From an uncultured delta proteobacterium (GTDB lineage Bacteria; Myxococcota_A; Polyangia; Polyangiales; Polyangiaceae), in NCBI GenBank assembly GCA_963782055.1, contig CAWAIF010000003.1, forward strand, positions 1,824,001 through 1,888,000: DNA of 64,000 nucleotides, in the 5' to 3' direction. The notes beneath the pieces are model-generated. The model was not told where the DNA came from. It searched no databases and saw only the letters and a program-made list of their open reading frames with translations. Every line of letters begins with the position of its first letter. Within the stretch, counting starts at the first letter, position 1. Below are positions 28,281-38,383 of this stretch, one piece after another. Made by a program: the position numbers and the translations under genes.

Positions 28281-30709
28281 TGCACCATCGGAATGGTTCG
28301 CCGCTCCACCTTCCCGCCGATGATGATGACGGAGATCGTCTTGTCCACGTGGGGGTTGTTGGCCACCAGGCGGATGCGGTGTCGCCCCACGGGCAGCGGC
28401 TTGTTGACGATGGGGCAGTGACCCATGTTCGTGCCGTTGTCGTACCACTGGTCGCACGGGGGCAGCGTGATGACGTAGAGGTAGCCCGTCTCGCCCTTGG
28501 CGGTGCCGCTCACCGTGTGGTGCGTGACGGTGGGGACCGTGTGCGTCACGGTGGTGGCCGCCGTCGCCGTGACGGTTGCGGTGGCCGTCGGCGCTGCGGA
28601 CGCGCTCGCCGTCGCCGAGGGCTCGGCCGCGGTGGCGGAAGGCGGCGGCGCCGTGGACGCCGTCGCGCTCGGCGTGGCGCTGTCTCCAGGGGCGGGCGTC
28701 GCGGCGATCGCCACCGAGAAGGCGGCCCGCGCGGCGCTGAAGGGCCCGTTGCCCGAAGCGACGACAGCCCCCGCGGTGGTCGCGGTGGTCTCCGGTGCCG
28801 TCGCGGTCTTCGCCGTCTTGCCGGGCGCCACCAGCACGTAGACGAGGGTGAGCACCAGGAGCGCCGCGACACCCGAGGCGACGCCCACCGCCCACATCGG
28901 GATGCCCCGCCGGACGGGGCGAAGGAGCGCGGTGGCGCCGGGCGAGATGGTGGGGCCCATCCCCGGGACCTGTCCGGGGTAGGCCGGCGGGGGAGGCTGC
29001 GGCGGACCCATGCGCGGGTCCTGCGGGTTGAAGGTGGGCGCGAAGCCGGGCGGCATGAACCCTCCCGGCGGCCCAGGCGGCGCAGGCGGCGGCGCCCCGG
29101 GGCCCACCACCACCGGCGGAAGGTCCACCGGCTGATCGCTGGCGCGCGCGGGCACCGCGCGTGGAGGCACCGCGACCGCCGCGTTCATCGCGACGCGCGT
29201 AGGCATCTCGTCGTAGGTGGGCGGCGGCATCCCCGCGGCCGGCCGCGGACGCCCATCGGGATCCGCCTTGGCCTCGGTGATGATGGTGGCGTCGTCGTCG
29301 TCGTCGAAGTCCTCCTCCTCCGTCGGCGTCGGCGCCATGATGGTCGGCCCGTCGTCCTCCATCGTGTCCAGGTCGGCGAGCTGAGGGGCGGCGGCGACGG
29401 GAGCCGGCGGCCGCCCGGCACCGAGCGGCATCGTCTGGCCCAGCTTCGCCGGTGGGCGGAGCGTGTCCGGCTTGGGTGGCTCCGGCCGTCGGCCTGCCGC
29501 CGGTCGCGGGACCGGCGCACCCGCCGCCGGGACCGCCGGCCGGGCGGCCTGCGGCGCAGGCTGCACCTCCGAGTTGTAGGTCTGCAGCGAGCCATCCAGG
29601 TCCGGCACGTTGGCGCCGAGGGCATCCAGGCTGATCGTCTGCGTGACCTCCGCCGCCCATCGCAGGTGCGCCTCCCGCTTCTGGATGCGGTCGGCGAAGA
29701 TGGACGTCACGTACGACGCCACCTCGTCGCTGGCGATGAACAGCCCGCGCTTCATCAGCATCGACTGCAGGGCGCGCGAGAGCTCGCGCGCGGTGCGGTA
29801 GCGCTCGTTCTTGTTCTTGGCGAGCGCCTTCATCGCGATCTTCTCGAGGTCGAGCGGGTAGCCCCGCACGAGCGTCGAGGGCCGCGGCACGTTGCACTCC
29901 TGCACCTTGGCGAGGGTGTCCAGGTCGCTCTCCATGCGGAAGAGTCGCTGCCCCGTCGTCAGCTCCCAGAGCACCACGCCCAGCGCGAAGACGTCCGTCC
30001 GCCGGTCGATCGGCTCGCCCGCCACCTGCTCCGGCGACATGTACGCCAGCTTGCCCTTGAGCGTGCCCGCGCGCGTCGAGCTCATGCGCGAGCTGAACTT
30101 GGCGATGCCGAAGTCGACGACCTTGGTGTTGCCGTCGTAGCAGACGAAGAGGTTGTGCGGCGTGACGTCGCGGTGGACCAGGTTCAGCTTCTCGCCGTTC
30201 TTGCCGTACAGCTCGTGCGCTGCGTGCAGGCCCTCGGCGGCGTCGGCGATGACGCGGCAGGCGATCTCCGGCGGCATCGGCGCGCCGAGCTCCTCGGTGC
30301 GGCGCATGACCTCCCGCAGCGGCTCGCCGTGCAGGTACTCCATCGCGATCCAGTAGGTGTCGTCGTGCTTGCCCAGCTCGAACACCGTCGCGACGTTGGG
30401 GTGGGAGATGCGCGCGGCGACGCGCGCCTCGTCCAAGAACATCTGGATGAAGCTCTCGTCCTCCACCAGGTGCGCGTGGATGCGCTTGATGGCGACCCAC
30501 TTCTGGAAGCCGCCCGGCCCGTCCATGCGGCCCAGGTGCACGCTCGCCATGCCGCCGATGCCAATCTCGTCGACGACGCGGTAGCGGCCAAGGAAATACG
30601 TCCCCACCTGGCTGGGTGGGTTCTGGTCCGGCAGGACCGGCGCGGATGCCTGCATCGGGCGTGCGCCGGGCGGCGGCGGGTTGGGGCGCGGGGCTCGATC
30701 GTGCGGCAA
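28277..30709 (-). CDS. Membrane Ser/Thr protein kinase with Pro-rich linker and PEGA-like C-terminus
   Basis: GIGGMASV, VAIKRI, HRDVTPHN, DFGIAK, YMSPEQ, DVFALG; one TM helix. Confidence 0.93.
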   Translation of the reverse strand: MPHDRAPRPNPPPPGARPMQASAPVLPDQNPPSQVGTYFLGRYRVVDEIGIGGMASVHLGRMDGPGGFQKWVAIKRIHAHLVEDESFIQMFLDEARVAARISHPNVATVFELGKHDDTYWIAMEYLHGEPLREVMRRTEELGAPMPPEIACRVIADAAEGLHAAHELYGKNGEKLNLVHRDVTPHNLFVCYDGNTKVVDFGIAKFSSRMSSTRAGTLKGKLAYMSPEQVAGEPIDRRTDVFALGVVLWELTTGQRLFRMESDLDTLAKVQECNVPRPSTLVRGYPLDLEKIAMKALAKNKNERYRTARELSRALQSMLMKRGLFIASDEVASYVTSIFADRIQKREAHLRWAAEVTQTISLDALGANVPDLDGSLQTYNSEVQPAPQAARPAVPAAGAPVPRPAAGRRPEPPKPDTLRPPAKLGQTMPLGAGRPPAPVAAAPQLADLDTMEDDGPTIMAPTPTEEEDFDDDDDATIITEAKADPDGRPRPAAGMPPPTYDEMPTRVAMNAAVAVPPRAVPARASDQPVDLPPVVVGPGAPPPAPPGPPGGFMPPGFAPTFNPQDPRMGPPQPPPPAYPGQVPGMGPTISPGATALLRPVRRGIPMWAVGVASGVAALLVLTLVYVLVAPGKTAKTATAPETTATTAGAVVASGNGPFSAARAAFSVAIAATPAPGDSATPSATASTAPPPSATAAEPSATASASAAPTATATVTATAATTVTHTVPTVTHHTVSGTAKGETGYLYVITLPPCDQWYDNGTNMGHCPIVNKPLPVGRHRIRLVANNPHVDKTISVIIIGGKVERRTIPMVQ

Positions 30710-30718
30710 AGAGTGCTC

Positions 30719-31615
30719 CTACGGACTTGGTTGAATCTGCGCCGGACCGACCAACACCTGGTCGGGGGTCCGGAGCAGGAAGTAGCCGGCGGTCGCCCCC
30801 CCGGCGGCGAGCAGGGCGCCGCCGATGACGTATGGCCAGGGGCCGGACCAGAAGCCGCCGTGGTGCGGCTCGGGTGCGTCGCCGGTGGCCACGGGCTCCG
30901 GCCGCACCTCGACGTGCTGCTCCGCGAACCCGAGCTGGTTGTCGTGCGCGTCGAGGGCGTCGACGTGGATGCGCAGCCGCGCCCCCGGCAGGGTCATGGT
31001 GCCGGGCACGCGGAAATGCACCACCGTGGAGGCCGGGTTCTCGAAGCGGTAGGTCTTCTTGGTCGTCGGGTCGGTGGCGGTCATGCCGAGCCGGGTGATG
31101 GCGGCGACCTCCGAGGGGTCAAGGAGCACGTTGACCGCGAAGGCCGCGCCGGAGTCCACCTCCGCCGGCGCGCTCGCCTCGAAGCGGATCGGCGCCAGGT
31201 GCTGCTCGCGCACCGTGTCCGCGAGCGCCGTCGCCTTCTTGCCCGTCTCCGGGGGCACGACAAAGTCGGGGTCGATGATGACCGCCACGCGGAAGGCCTC
31301 GATCGCGCCGTGCTTCTTGCCGAGCACCGCGCGGAGCGCGCCGATGCGCACGTAGCACTCCAGCGTCTCCTCGCGGTTCAACCCGCCCTTCTCCAGCGCG
31401 TGGGCGTACTCCGGCGCCGCGCGATCCAGCTCGCCGTCGTCCCAGGAGGTGCGCGCCTTGGCGAGCGCCTCCGCGCCCGCGGCCTCCTTCCTGGAGGTCC
31501 CCTGCGCGTGGGTGAAGCCGGCCGCGCCGAGCAGCACGGAGGCCACGGCGGCGGCGGCGACGCCCCGCCTCGCCGCGGGACACGGCCCCCGCGACGCGCC
31601 GAGGAGGCCGGCCAC
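30719..31615 (-). CDS. Hypothetical exported protein (TPR-like N-terminus, C-terminal TM); start uncertain
   Basis: Signal-like AAAAVASVLLGAAGFTHA; C-terminal WPYVIGGALLAAGG. Confidence 0.65.
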   Translation of the reverse strand: MAGLLGASRGPCPAARRGVAAAAVASVLLGAAGFTHAQGTSRKEAAGAEALAKARTSWDDGELDRAAPEYAHALEKGGLNREETLECYVRIGALRAVLGKKHGAIEAFRVAVIIDPDFVVPPETGKKATALADTVREQHLAPIRFEASAPAEVDSGAAFAVNVLLDPSEVAAITRLGMTATDPTTKKTYRFENPASTVVHFRVPGTMTLPGARLRIHVDALDAHDNQLGFAEQHVEVRPEPVATGDAPEPHHGGFWSGPWPYVIGGALLAAGGATAGYFLLRTPDQVLVGPAQIQPSP

Positions 31616-31798
31616 AGGCCGACGACATGCGAGGCCGATCGAAGGAAACACCGGTCGTAAAGGGTATCGGCGTTGACCAGGGCGCGCAAGCAACGGAGCC
31701 TGCGTGGGAGGCGCGGCACGCGCCTGGCGCCGTGGGCGGGGGGTAGTCCGCCGGGCGAGGGTTACCCACGTTGTGGGAGCACGCTCAGCGAGGTTCTG

Positions 31799-32536
31799 TC
31801 ACGGAAATGCCTGGGCGGGCTGGCCGCGCTCGAAATAGAAGCGGAAGGACCCCTGGAGGTGGCCGCGGCACGGGGGAGGCGGCCCCACACCGCCCGGGCA
31901 CTCGTCGCGCGGATCCGCCAGGTAGACGTCGAAGGTGGCCTCGGTGAGGCGCTTGTCGGCGTCTCCCTCGTCGGGGTTGCCGTCGAACAGGGAGGAGAAG
32001 GTGATGGTGCTCTTGCCCACCGCCGGTGGCACGGCGGTGCTGCCGCACTGGCTCGCCGCCGAGCGCGTGGCGTCGTCGCAGCTCCCGTCGGCGTTGGTCG
32101 TCGCCTCTTCCACGGCGTAGAGCCCAGGCGTCTCCGGCCTGCACGTGCGCTGCAGGTAGAGCGCGAACTGCACCAGCGGCGGGTCGGGGTTGGCGGTGAC
32201 GGGCACCCCCGGCGGGGTGACGTCCGGCGGGAGCGCCATCTTGAGCGGCTGCCCGAGCATCGTCGTGCGCACGGTGGTGACGTCGTTGACGAGGATGGAC
32301 GCGCCGTCGCTGAAGTTCTGGAGGTCGGAGCTGCGCTGGATGCGCAGGGTGACGGTGTTGCGGTAGGGCGAGGCGGCGAAGAAGTCCGGCTGCAGGTCGA
32401 ATTTGCCCGACCAGCAGTCGGGCACGAAGAGGGTCCCGGTGACCGAGCCCTGCCCGCCGCCCACCGTGCAGGAAGCCACCAGGGGCGCGATCGCCACGGC
32501 GGCCACCACCCCGACGAGGGCGCGACGGCCGATCAC
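31799..32536 (-). CDS. Hypothetical lipoprotein
   Basis: Lipobox VASC; coupled to the mnmA stop. Confidence 0.75.
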   Translation of the reverse strand: MIGRRALVGVVAAVAIAPLVASCTVGGGQGSVTGTLFVPDCWSGKFDLQPDFFAASPYRNTVTLRIQRSSDLQNFSDGASILVNDVTTVRTTMLGQPLKMALPPDVTPPGVPVTANPDPPLVQFALYLQRTCRPETPGLYAVEEATTNADGSCDDATRSAASQCGSTAVPPAVGKSTITFSSLFDGNPDEGDADKRLTEATFDVYLADPRDECPGGVGPPPPCRGHLQGSFRFYFERGQPAQAFP

Positions 32537-33633
32537 GCGCGCGCCTCCCCGCCGGCGCGAGGGCCGCGCGCGGAGGCGATGCGGCCGCCACCGAGCACGC
32601 GGTCGCCGTCGTAGAAGACCGCCACCTGGCCGCGCGTCACGGCGCGCGCCGGTTCGGCGAAGCGCACCAGCGCCCCGCCCGCGTGGGGTTCGACCGTGGC
32701 AGCCACTCCACGATGACGATACCGCACACGGACCGCCGCCGGTAGCGGCAGGCGAGCGCCGGGCGCGAGCACCAGGTCAGCGATCTCTGCGCTCTCGGCG
32801 AGCAGGCCGGCCTCCGCGCCGAGGTGCACCGTCCCGCTCGGCGCGTCGATGTGCGTCACGAACGCCGGAGCCCCCAGCGCGACGCCGAGCCCCTTGCGCT
32901 GCCCGACGGTGAAGCGGTGCACGCCCTCGTGCGTCCCGACGACGCGTCCGGCCGCGTCCACGACGGGCCCCGGCCGGACGCGACCCTCCGCGCGCTCCTC
33001 CACGAACCGCGCGTACGCCCCCCTGCCTTCGCCGACGAAGCAGAGCTCCTGGCTCTCGCCCTTCGTCGCGCCCGGCAGCGCGCGGCGCACCGCCTCCGCG
33101 CGCACCTCGCCCTTGGTGCTCTCGCCCAGCGGGAACATCAGCCGCGCGAGCTGCTCCGGCGGGGTGGCGTAGAGGAAGTAGCTCTGGTCCTTGTCCGGAT
33201 CGAGCCCGGCGAGCAGCGCGGTCGTCCCGCCGTCCGCCGCGGTCCGCGCGTAGTGACCCGTCGCTACGTGGGACGCGCCGAGGCGATCGGCCAGGCCGAA
33301 CAGCTCCCCCAGCTTCACGCCGCGGTTGCACGCCGTGCAGGGGCTGGGCGTCTCGCCGGCGAGGTACGCCTCGACGAACGGCTCGACGACCTTCTCGGCG
33401 AAGAGCGCGCGGCGGTCGAAGGTGAAGTGCGGGAAGCCCAATGCGTCGGCCACGCGCCGCGCGTCGTACTGGTCCTCCGGCGCGCAGCAGCGCGCGTGCG
33501 AGCCGGCGCCCTTTTCCGGGTAGTCCCAGAGGTGCAGGGTGCAGCCGACGACGTCGTGGCCCTGGTCGCGCAGGCGCGCCGCCGCCACCGACGAATCGAC
33601 GCCGCCGCTCATCGCCACCAGCACCCGCGCCAT
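32533..33633 (-). CDS. mnmA: tRNA-specific 2-thiouridylase
   Basis: AMSGGVDSSVAA, TPSPCTACN, ATGHYAR, KDQSYFL, ESQELCF, FTVGQRKG, VTRGQVAV. Confidence 0.96.
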   Translation of the reverse strand: MARVLVAMSGGVDSSVAAARLRDQGHDVVGCTLHLWDYPEKGAGSHARCCAPEDQYDARRVADALGFPHFTFDRRALFAEKVVEPFVEAYLAGETPSPCTACNRGVKLGELFGLADRLGASHVATGHYARTAADGGTTALLAGLDPDKDQSYFLYATPPEQLARLMFPLGESTKGEVRAEAVRRALPGATKGESQELCFVGEGRGAYARFVEERAEGRVRPGPVVDAAGRVVGTHEGVHRFTVGQRKGLGVALGAPAFVTHIDAPSGTVHLGAEAGLLAESAEIADLVLAPGARLPLPAAVRVRYRHRGVAATVEPHAGGALVRFAEPARAVTRGQVAVFYDGDRVLGGGRIASARGPRAGGEARA

Positions 33634-33695
33634 GCGGAAGAGGTAGCACGCAACGGCCGGAGGGGCCGGGTCGATGGGGCACCAGGAGGTCTCTC

Positions 33696-34028
33696 ATGTC
33701 CATTCGAAGCATCGGCGAGCGCGCGCCTGCCATCCCCTCGACCCCGACGCCCGCCGCGCACCCGCACGCGGCCGCGCACCGCAAGCCCGCGCACGCCCCG
33801 GCCGAGCCGTTCGCGCGGCTGGTCGCGGGGCTGGGCCACGAGCTCAACGCCGGCGAGCACACCGTGCAGCACGCCATCGCCGCCGGTGGCGCCGGGCGCG
33901 ACCTGGACCCCGGGGAGCTCATCGCCCTGCAGGCGGGCGTCTACCGCTACGGCGAGGCGGTCGACCTGGCGTCCAAGCTCGTCGATCACGCGGCCACCGG
34001 GATCAAGTCGGTCGTGCAGGGGCAGTGA
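33696..34028 (+). CDS. Small protein resembling the T3SS inner-rod (SctI/YscI/HrpB2) family
   Basis: Strong RBS AGGAGGT; C-terminus DPGELIALQAGVYRYGEAVDLASKLVDHAATGIKSVVQGQ. Confidence 0.6.
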   Translation: MSIRSIGERAPAIPSTPTPAAHPHAAAHRKPAHAPAEPFARLVAGLGHELNAGEHTVQHAIAAGGAGRDLDPGELIALQAGVYRYGEAVDLASKLVDHAATGIKSVVQGQ

Positions 34029-34081
34029 CCTCGCCCCGCCCCGTCCTTTGCAGGAGCGGGGGGAGTTGGTAAACGCGGGGC

Positions 34082-35536
34082 GTGGATCGCTCGCCTCTGG
34101 ATCGTTTCGTCGCGTCGTCCGCGCCGGCGGTGACCGACGGGCGCGGCGTGCACTCCTACGCCGACCTCGCCACGATCGCCGATCGCGTGGCGGCCCGGCT
34201 CGGGGACGCGCGGGGCGCCCGCGTCGGCCTGCTGGCGTCGCCCGGCGCGAGCTTCGTCGGGGCGCTCTACGGCATCTGGCGCGCGGGCGGCTGCGGGCTG
34301 GTGCTCTCGCCGCTGCACCCGGCGGCGGAGAGCGCGTACTTCAGCGAGGACGCCGGGCTGCGCACCATCCTCGTCACGCCGGACCAGCGGGCGCGGGCGG
34401 AGTCGTTCGCCGGCGAGCGCGTGCTCGTCGACGTGGATGCGCTGCCGGCGGGGGCGCCGGCGTCGCCCGCGGCGCCGGCGGCCGGCGATCCCGCGCTGAT
34501 GCTCTACACCAGCGGCACGACCGGCAAGCCGAAGGGCGCGGTGCTCACGCACGGCAACCTCGCCACGCAGCAGCGGCTCGTGGGCGAGGCGTGGGGCTGG
34601 TCCAGCGCGGATGTCCTGCTCCACACCCTCCCGCTCCACCACATGCACGGCCTGTGCATCGCGCTGCTCTCCGCGCTCGGCGCGGGCGCCTCCGCGCGCA
34701 TGCTCCCCGGCTTCGACGCGGCGCGCGTGTGGGAGGCGATGGGCGAGTCCACCGTCTTCATGGCGGTGCCGACGATCTACGCGAAGCTCTTCGCCGCGGA
34801 GGCGGCGGCGGACGAGCCGACGCGCGCGCGATGGATGCAGAATGCAAAGAATCTGCGCCTCGCCACCAGCGGCAGCGCGGCGCTGCCGGTCACGCTCGCC
34901 GAGCGGTGGCGCGGCATCGCGGGCGTCATCCCGCTCGAGCGCTACGGCATGACCGAGATCGGCGTGGGGATCTCCAACCCGCTGCGCGGCGAGCGGCGCG
35001 CGGGCACGGTGGGGCTGCCGCTGCCCACCGTGGAGACGCGCGTCGTCGGCGAGGACGGCGCGGACGCGGAGACGGGCGAGCTCTGGGTGCGCGGGCCGAG
35101 CGTCTTCGCCGGCTATCACGGCAAGCCGGAGGCGACGAAGGCCGCCTTCGCCGACGGCTGGTTCAAGACGGGCGACACGGTGACGCGAGGGGAGGGCGGC
35201 TACTTCCGCATCCTCGGCCGCACCAGCGTCGACATCCTCAAGAGCGGCGGCTACAAGCTGAGCGCCCTGGAGATCGAGGAGGCGCTGCGCGCGCACCCGG
35301 AGGTGGCCGACGTCGGCGTGGTCGGCATCCCCGACGAGACGTGGGGCGACCGCGTGGTGGCGTGCGTGGTCGCGCGGGGAGAGGTGGGCGAGGAGGAGCT
35401 GCGCGCGTTCGCCAAGGAGCGGCTCGCCTCCTACAAGTGCCCCAAGCGCGTCCTCTTCTTCGACGACCTGCCCCGCAACGCGATGGGCAAGGTGGTCAAG
35501 CCGGAGCTCGCGCGCATCGCGAAGGCCCGCGCCTGA
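34082..35536 (+). CDS. Acyl-CoA synthetase, MatB/ACSF3 (malonyl-CoA synthetase)-like
   Basis: YTSGTTGKPKG, ERYGMTE, WFKTGD, LPRNAMGKV. Confidence 0.85.
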   Translation: MDRSPLDRFVASSAPAVTDGRGVHSYADLATIADRVAARLGDARGARVGLLASPGASFVGALYGIWRAGGCGLVLSPLHPAAESAYFSEDAGLRTILVTPDQRARAESFAGERVLVDVDALPAGAPASPAAPAAGDPALMLYTSGTTGKPKGAVLTHGNLATQQRLVGEAWGWSSADVLLHTLPLHHMHGLCIALLSALGAGASARMLPGFDAARVWEAMGESTVFMAVPTIYAKLFAAEAAADEPTRARWMQNAKNLRLATSGSAALPVTLAERWRGIAGVIPLERYGMTEIGVGISNPLRGERRAGTVGLPLPTVETRVVGEDGADAETGELWVRGPSVFAGYHGKPEATKAAFADGWFKTGDTVTRGEGGYFRILGRTSVDILKSGGYKLSALEIEEALRAHPEVADVGVVGIPDETWGDRVVACVVARGEVGEEELRAFAKERLASYKCPKRVLFFDDLPRNAMGKVVKPELARIAKARA

Positions 35537-35566
35537 GGGGATTCGCCCGAACGGCGCGTCGGAGGC

Positions 35567-35656
35567 CCCGACGCGTAGCGGGGGACGTGGGCGGGGAGGG
35601 GAGGCGGGTGCGGCGGGCCGGCGTGTCGCGGGGTGGTGCGGCGCGTGCCGCCCCTC
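35567..35656 (-). repeat. Dispersed intergenic repeat, copy 1
   Basis: Its reverse complement shares GAGGGGCGGCACGCGCCG (18/18), CCCTCCCCG and CCGCTrCGCGTCGGG, in the same order, with 48490-48537. Confidence 0.65.
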
Positions 35657-35661
35657 CCCGA

Positions 35662-36204
35662 CTAAAGCCCGTGCAGGTGGGCGCGCAGCTCGTCGCTCTT
35701 GCACAGGCCGGTGCGGCGGAAGACGACGTGCCCCCCCCGGTCCAGGATGACGACGGTGGGGACGCTGTGCACGTCGCCGAGCGGGCCGCCGCCGGCGATC
35801 GTCGCCTCGTCGGCCATCCCGACGGGGAACTTCACCTTCATCGCGTCGCGGTAGGCCTCGACCAGCTCTCGCGTGGAGGGGTCCTGCAGGGCGATGAGTG
35901 CATAATACACAGAATCGCCGTCGTGCCGGGACATGGGGACGAGGAAGCTCACCTGCGCCTGGCTCACGATGTCGCCGGTGGTGATGAAGGCGAGCACCGC
36001 GGGGCGCCCGCGCGCGGCGTCGGAGGCGACGGGGCGCGCGTCGAGGGAGTCGTAGCGGAAGCTGACCGGCCCGTCCTCCTGCGGCGTGGACATGCCGGGG
36101 ACGGGCGCGGCCTTCTCGCTCGCGCAGCCGCAGAGGACGAGCGCCGCGACGGCGGCCGCGCGAGGGAGCCTAGTCCTCGCCCTTGTGGCCCACGAAACCA
36201 TCAT
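35662..36204 (-). CDS. Thioredoxin-like (TlpA-like) lipoprotein lacking CxxC
   Basis: Lipobox LCGC; RGRPAVLAFITTGDIVSQ; cis-Pro motif VPTVVILDRGG. Confidence 0.7.
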   Translation of the reverse strand: MMVSWATRARTRLPRAAAVAALVLCGCASEKAAPVPGMSTPQEDGPVSFRYDSLDARPVASDAARGRPAVLAFITTGDIVSQAQVSFLVPMSRHDGDSVYYALIALQDPSTRELVEAYRDAMKVKFPVGMADEATIAGGGPLGDVHSVPTVVILDRGGHVVFRRTGLCKSDELRAHLHGL

Positions 36205-36814
36205 CCCTTTCGGCGAAGAGCACATTGAACGTCGTCAGCGATCCGTAGCACTGCGTGACGTACTGCTGCATCTGGACCTTCTCCTCGTCGTCCAGCTTGG
36301 CGCTGCCGTTGATCTTCTGCTCCAGCACCCGCAGCTTGTCGCGGATCATGACGATCTTGTGGAAGAAGGTCTCGATGGGCATCGTCTTGTCGGCGGTGCC
36401 TTCCCGGCCGGGCTTGAGGATCACCTCTCCGCCCTTCCAGCGGGCGCCCAGCGTCACCACGCTCACGCCCAGCTCGTCGCGGATGACCTCGCGCAGCACT
36501 CTCCGGAATTCGTCGGCGTCCATGTCCAGCAGCTCCTCGGGGATGGTGATGGGCTCACGGGGTGGTTCTTGCTCGGTCCGGGCGGGGCCGCGCTGCCGCG
36601 GGCTCGTCGCGCGCTCGCGCCGCGCCGGCTTGGCGGTGAAGGTGCCCTTGCGAACGTACTGCGAGCAGGTGTTGTCGGCGTAGAGGGGCGCGGGCCAGAC
36701 GCCGAGCAGGCACTCGCCGCGGCGGCGGACCTCGCCGTTCTGGTCGATGACCTCGCTGACGCGCACGAAGCGGGCGCAGGTGCCACAGCGGCCGTCCAGC
36801 GGGTCGTCGCTCAA
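36170..36814 (-). CDS. Conserved-looking hypothetical protein with an N-terminal Cys cluster
   Basis: TTG start overlaps the upstream stop; CGTC..C..C; FFHKIVMIRDKLRVLEQKIN..YGSLTTFNVLF. Confidence 0.75.
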   Translation of the reverse strand: MSDDPLDGRCGTCARFVRVSEVIDQNGEVRRRGECLLGVWPAPLYADNTCSQYVRKGTFTAKPARRERATSPRQRGPARTEQEPPREPITIPEELLDMDADEFRRVLREVIRDELGVSVVTLGARWKGGEVILKPGREGTADKTMPIETFFHKIVMIRDKLRVLEQKINGSAKLDDEEKVQMQQYVTQCYGSLTTFNVLFAERDDGFVGHKGED

Positions 36815-37488
36815 GGCGGGGCTCCCGCGAGGGCGCCCTGCTCCGGGGAGAAGAGCCGCGCGAAGGCGGTGACGGCGGGCGGCGCATCGCGCCCGGCGCG
36901 CCTGTCGGAGAGGATGGCGTGGGCGAGGTCCTCCACCACGAAGCCGAGCGGCACGTTCTGCAGGGCGACGCCCTCCACCTCGGTGCGATCCACGTCGTCC
37001 GCGAGACAGAGCGGGTCGTGGCGGGCGGAGACGATGCCCTCGTCCGGCTCGTAGCGGCACTGCAGCGTCTCGACGAAGCGCAGGTAGAGCGGGACGACGA
37101 CGACGCACACGTGCTCGCCGCGCTCGCCGTGCCCGAGCCACGCGCGCGTCTGGCCGCCGAGCGGCGCGCCCGCGCACTCCTCGGCGATGCGGCGGCGGCG
37201 GACGTCGTCGCCCTCCACGAAGAGCAGCGGCGCGTAGAGCGCGACGCGCGGCGCGGCGATGGCGTCGGCGTCCGCGCGCAGCGCGTCCAGCCAGGCGTCG
37301 CGGTGCGCGGGCTCCAGCGCATCGTAGGCGAGCGCCGCGGCGAGCGCGGCCTCCGCGTCCTCGGCGAGGGCCCCGAGCCACGAGCGCCACGCCGCGCGCG
37401 CGCGCTCGTCGCCGAGCCGCGAGGCCCAGCGCTCCAGTTCTTCGTCCCCGCGGCCCATGGCGAGGCGAAGCTTAGCGATCTCGGTCAC
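36811..37488 (-). CDS. Hypothetical protein
   Basis: GC3-rich frame coupled to the downstream gene. Confidence 0.6.
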   Translation of the reverse strand: MTEIAKLRLAMGRGDEELERWASRLGDERARAAWRSWLGALAEDAEAALAAALAYDALEPAHRDAWLDALRADADAIAAPRVALYAPLLFVEGDDVRRRRIAEECAGAPLGGQTRAWLGHGERGEHVCVVVVPLYLRFVETLQCRYEPDEGIVSARHDPLCLADDVDRTEVEGVALQNVPLGFVVEDLAHAILSDRRAGRDAPPAVTAFARLFSPEQGALAGAPP

Positions 37489-37558
37489 GCCGCGGAAGGG
37501 TCGTACGTCGGCCGGTTGCGGTTCCCTTCGCCGCGCCTAAGGGGTAGATCCGAAGGCG

Positions 37559-38263
37559 ATGCCGCTCGCGCCCGCCGACTCTCCCGAGACCCTCGCTCGG
37601 GTCAAGGAAGGGATGGAGCTGGTGGACCTGCTCGCGCGGCAGCTCCGCCGGAACCTCGGGCCGAGCACCGACTACGACGACCTCGCCTCGGCCGGGCGCG
37701 AGGGCCTGCTCGCGGCGGCGCGCAGCTACGACCCTTCGCACGGCGTGCCCTTCCGCCGCTGGGCCAACCTGCGGGTGCGCGGCGCCATGATGGACGCGGT
37801 GCGCTCGCAGAGCGCCCTGCCGCGCCGCGTGTACGCCCAGCTCCGCGCGATGGAGGCCGGCGATCGCGTGGTCGAGGCGGCGAACGAGGACGAGGTGCAG
37901 CGACCGCCCACCGGCGCGGCCGAGGCGGACAGCCGCCTGAGCGGGTACCTCGCCGGCATCGCCACCGCGATGACCCTCGGCGTCATCTCTCCCTCGGCGG
38001 GGCCCGACCCGGACGACGTGCGCGACACGCGGCTGTCGGCGGAGGAGCAGGTGGCCGAGCGGGAGCTGATCGAGCTGGTGCGGTCCGTCGTGGACCAGCA
38101 GCCCGACGCCGAGCGCCATCTGCTGAAGCGCCACTACTTCGACGGCGTGACGTTCGAGCAAGCGGCCAAGGAGATCGGCCTCTCCAAGAGCTGGGCGAGC
38201 CGCATCCACGCGCGCGCCATCGAGGCGCTCACCCGCGAGCTCAGGCGCGTGCACGTGGAGTGA
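37559..38263 (+). CDS. FliA/WhiG-type (sigma-28-like) RNA polymerase sigma factor
   Basis: DDLASAGREGLLAAARSYDPSHGVPFRRWANLRVRGAMMDAVR; region 4 IGLSKSWASRIHARA. Confidence 0.85.
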   Translation: MPLAPADSPETLARVKEGMELVDLLARQLRRNLGPSTDYDDLASAGREGLLAAARSYDPSHGVPFRRWANLRVRGAMMDAVRSQSALPRRVYAQLRAMEAGDRVVEAANEDEVQRPPTGAAEADSRLSGYLAGIATAMTLGVISPSAGPDPDDVRDTRLSAEEQVAERELIELVRSVVDQQPDAERHLLKRHYFDGVTFEQAAKEIGLSKSWASRIHARAIEALTRELRRVHVE

Positions 38264-38383
38264 GCTGGCGGGCCCACCGGGCGACCGCGCACCCGAGCCG
38301 CGGCGGGATTTCGCCCTCGCGCGCCTGGTTTGGGGTATCGTCCCTCCGCCGCGCTCCCGGGGGGAGCTCGGTCACGAGGAGCC

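Noticed and set aside
26679..30500. 1273-aa single protein
   Set aside because: Only 26679-28280 is protein-like; the rest is an off-frame overlap with the kinase.
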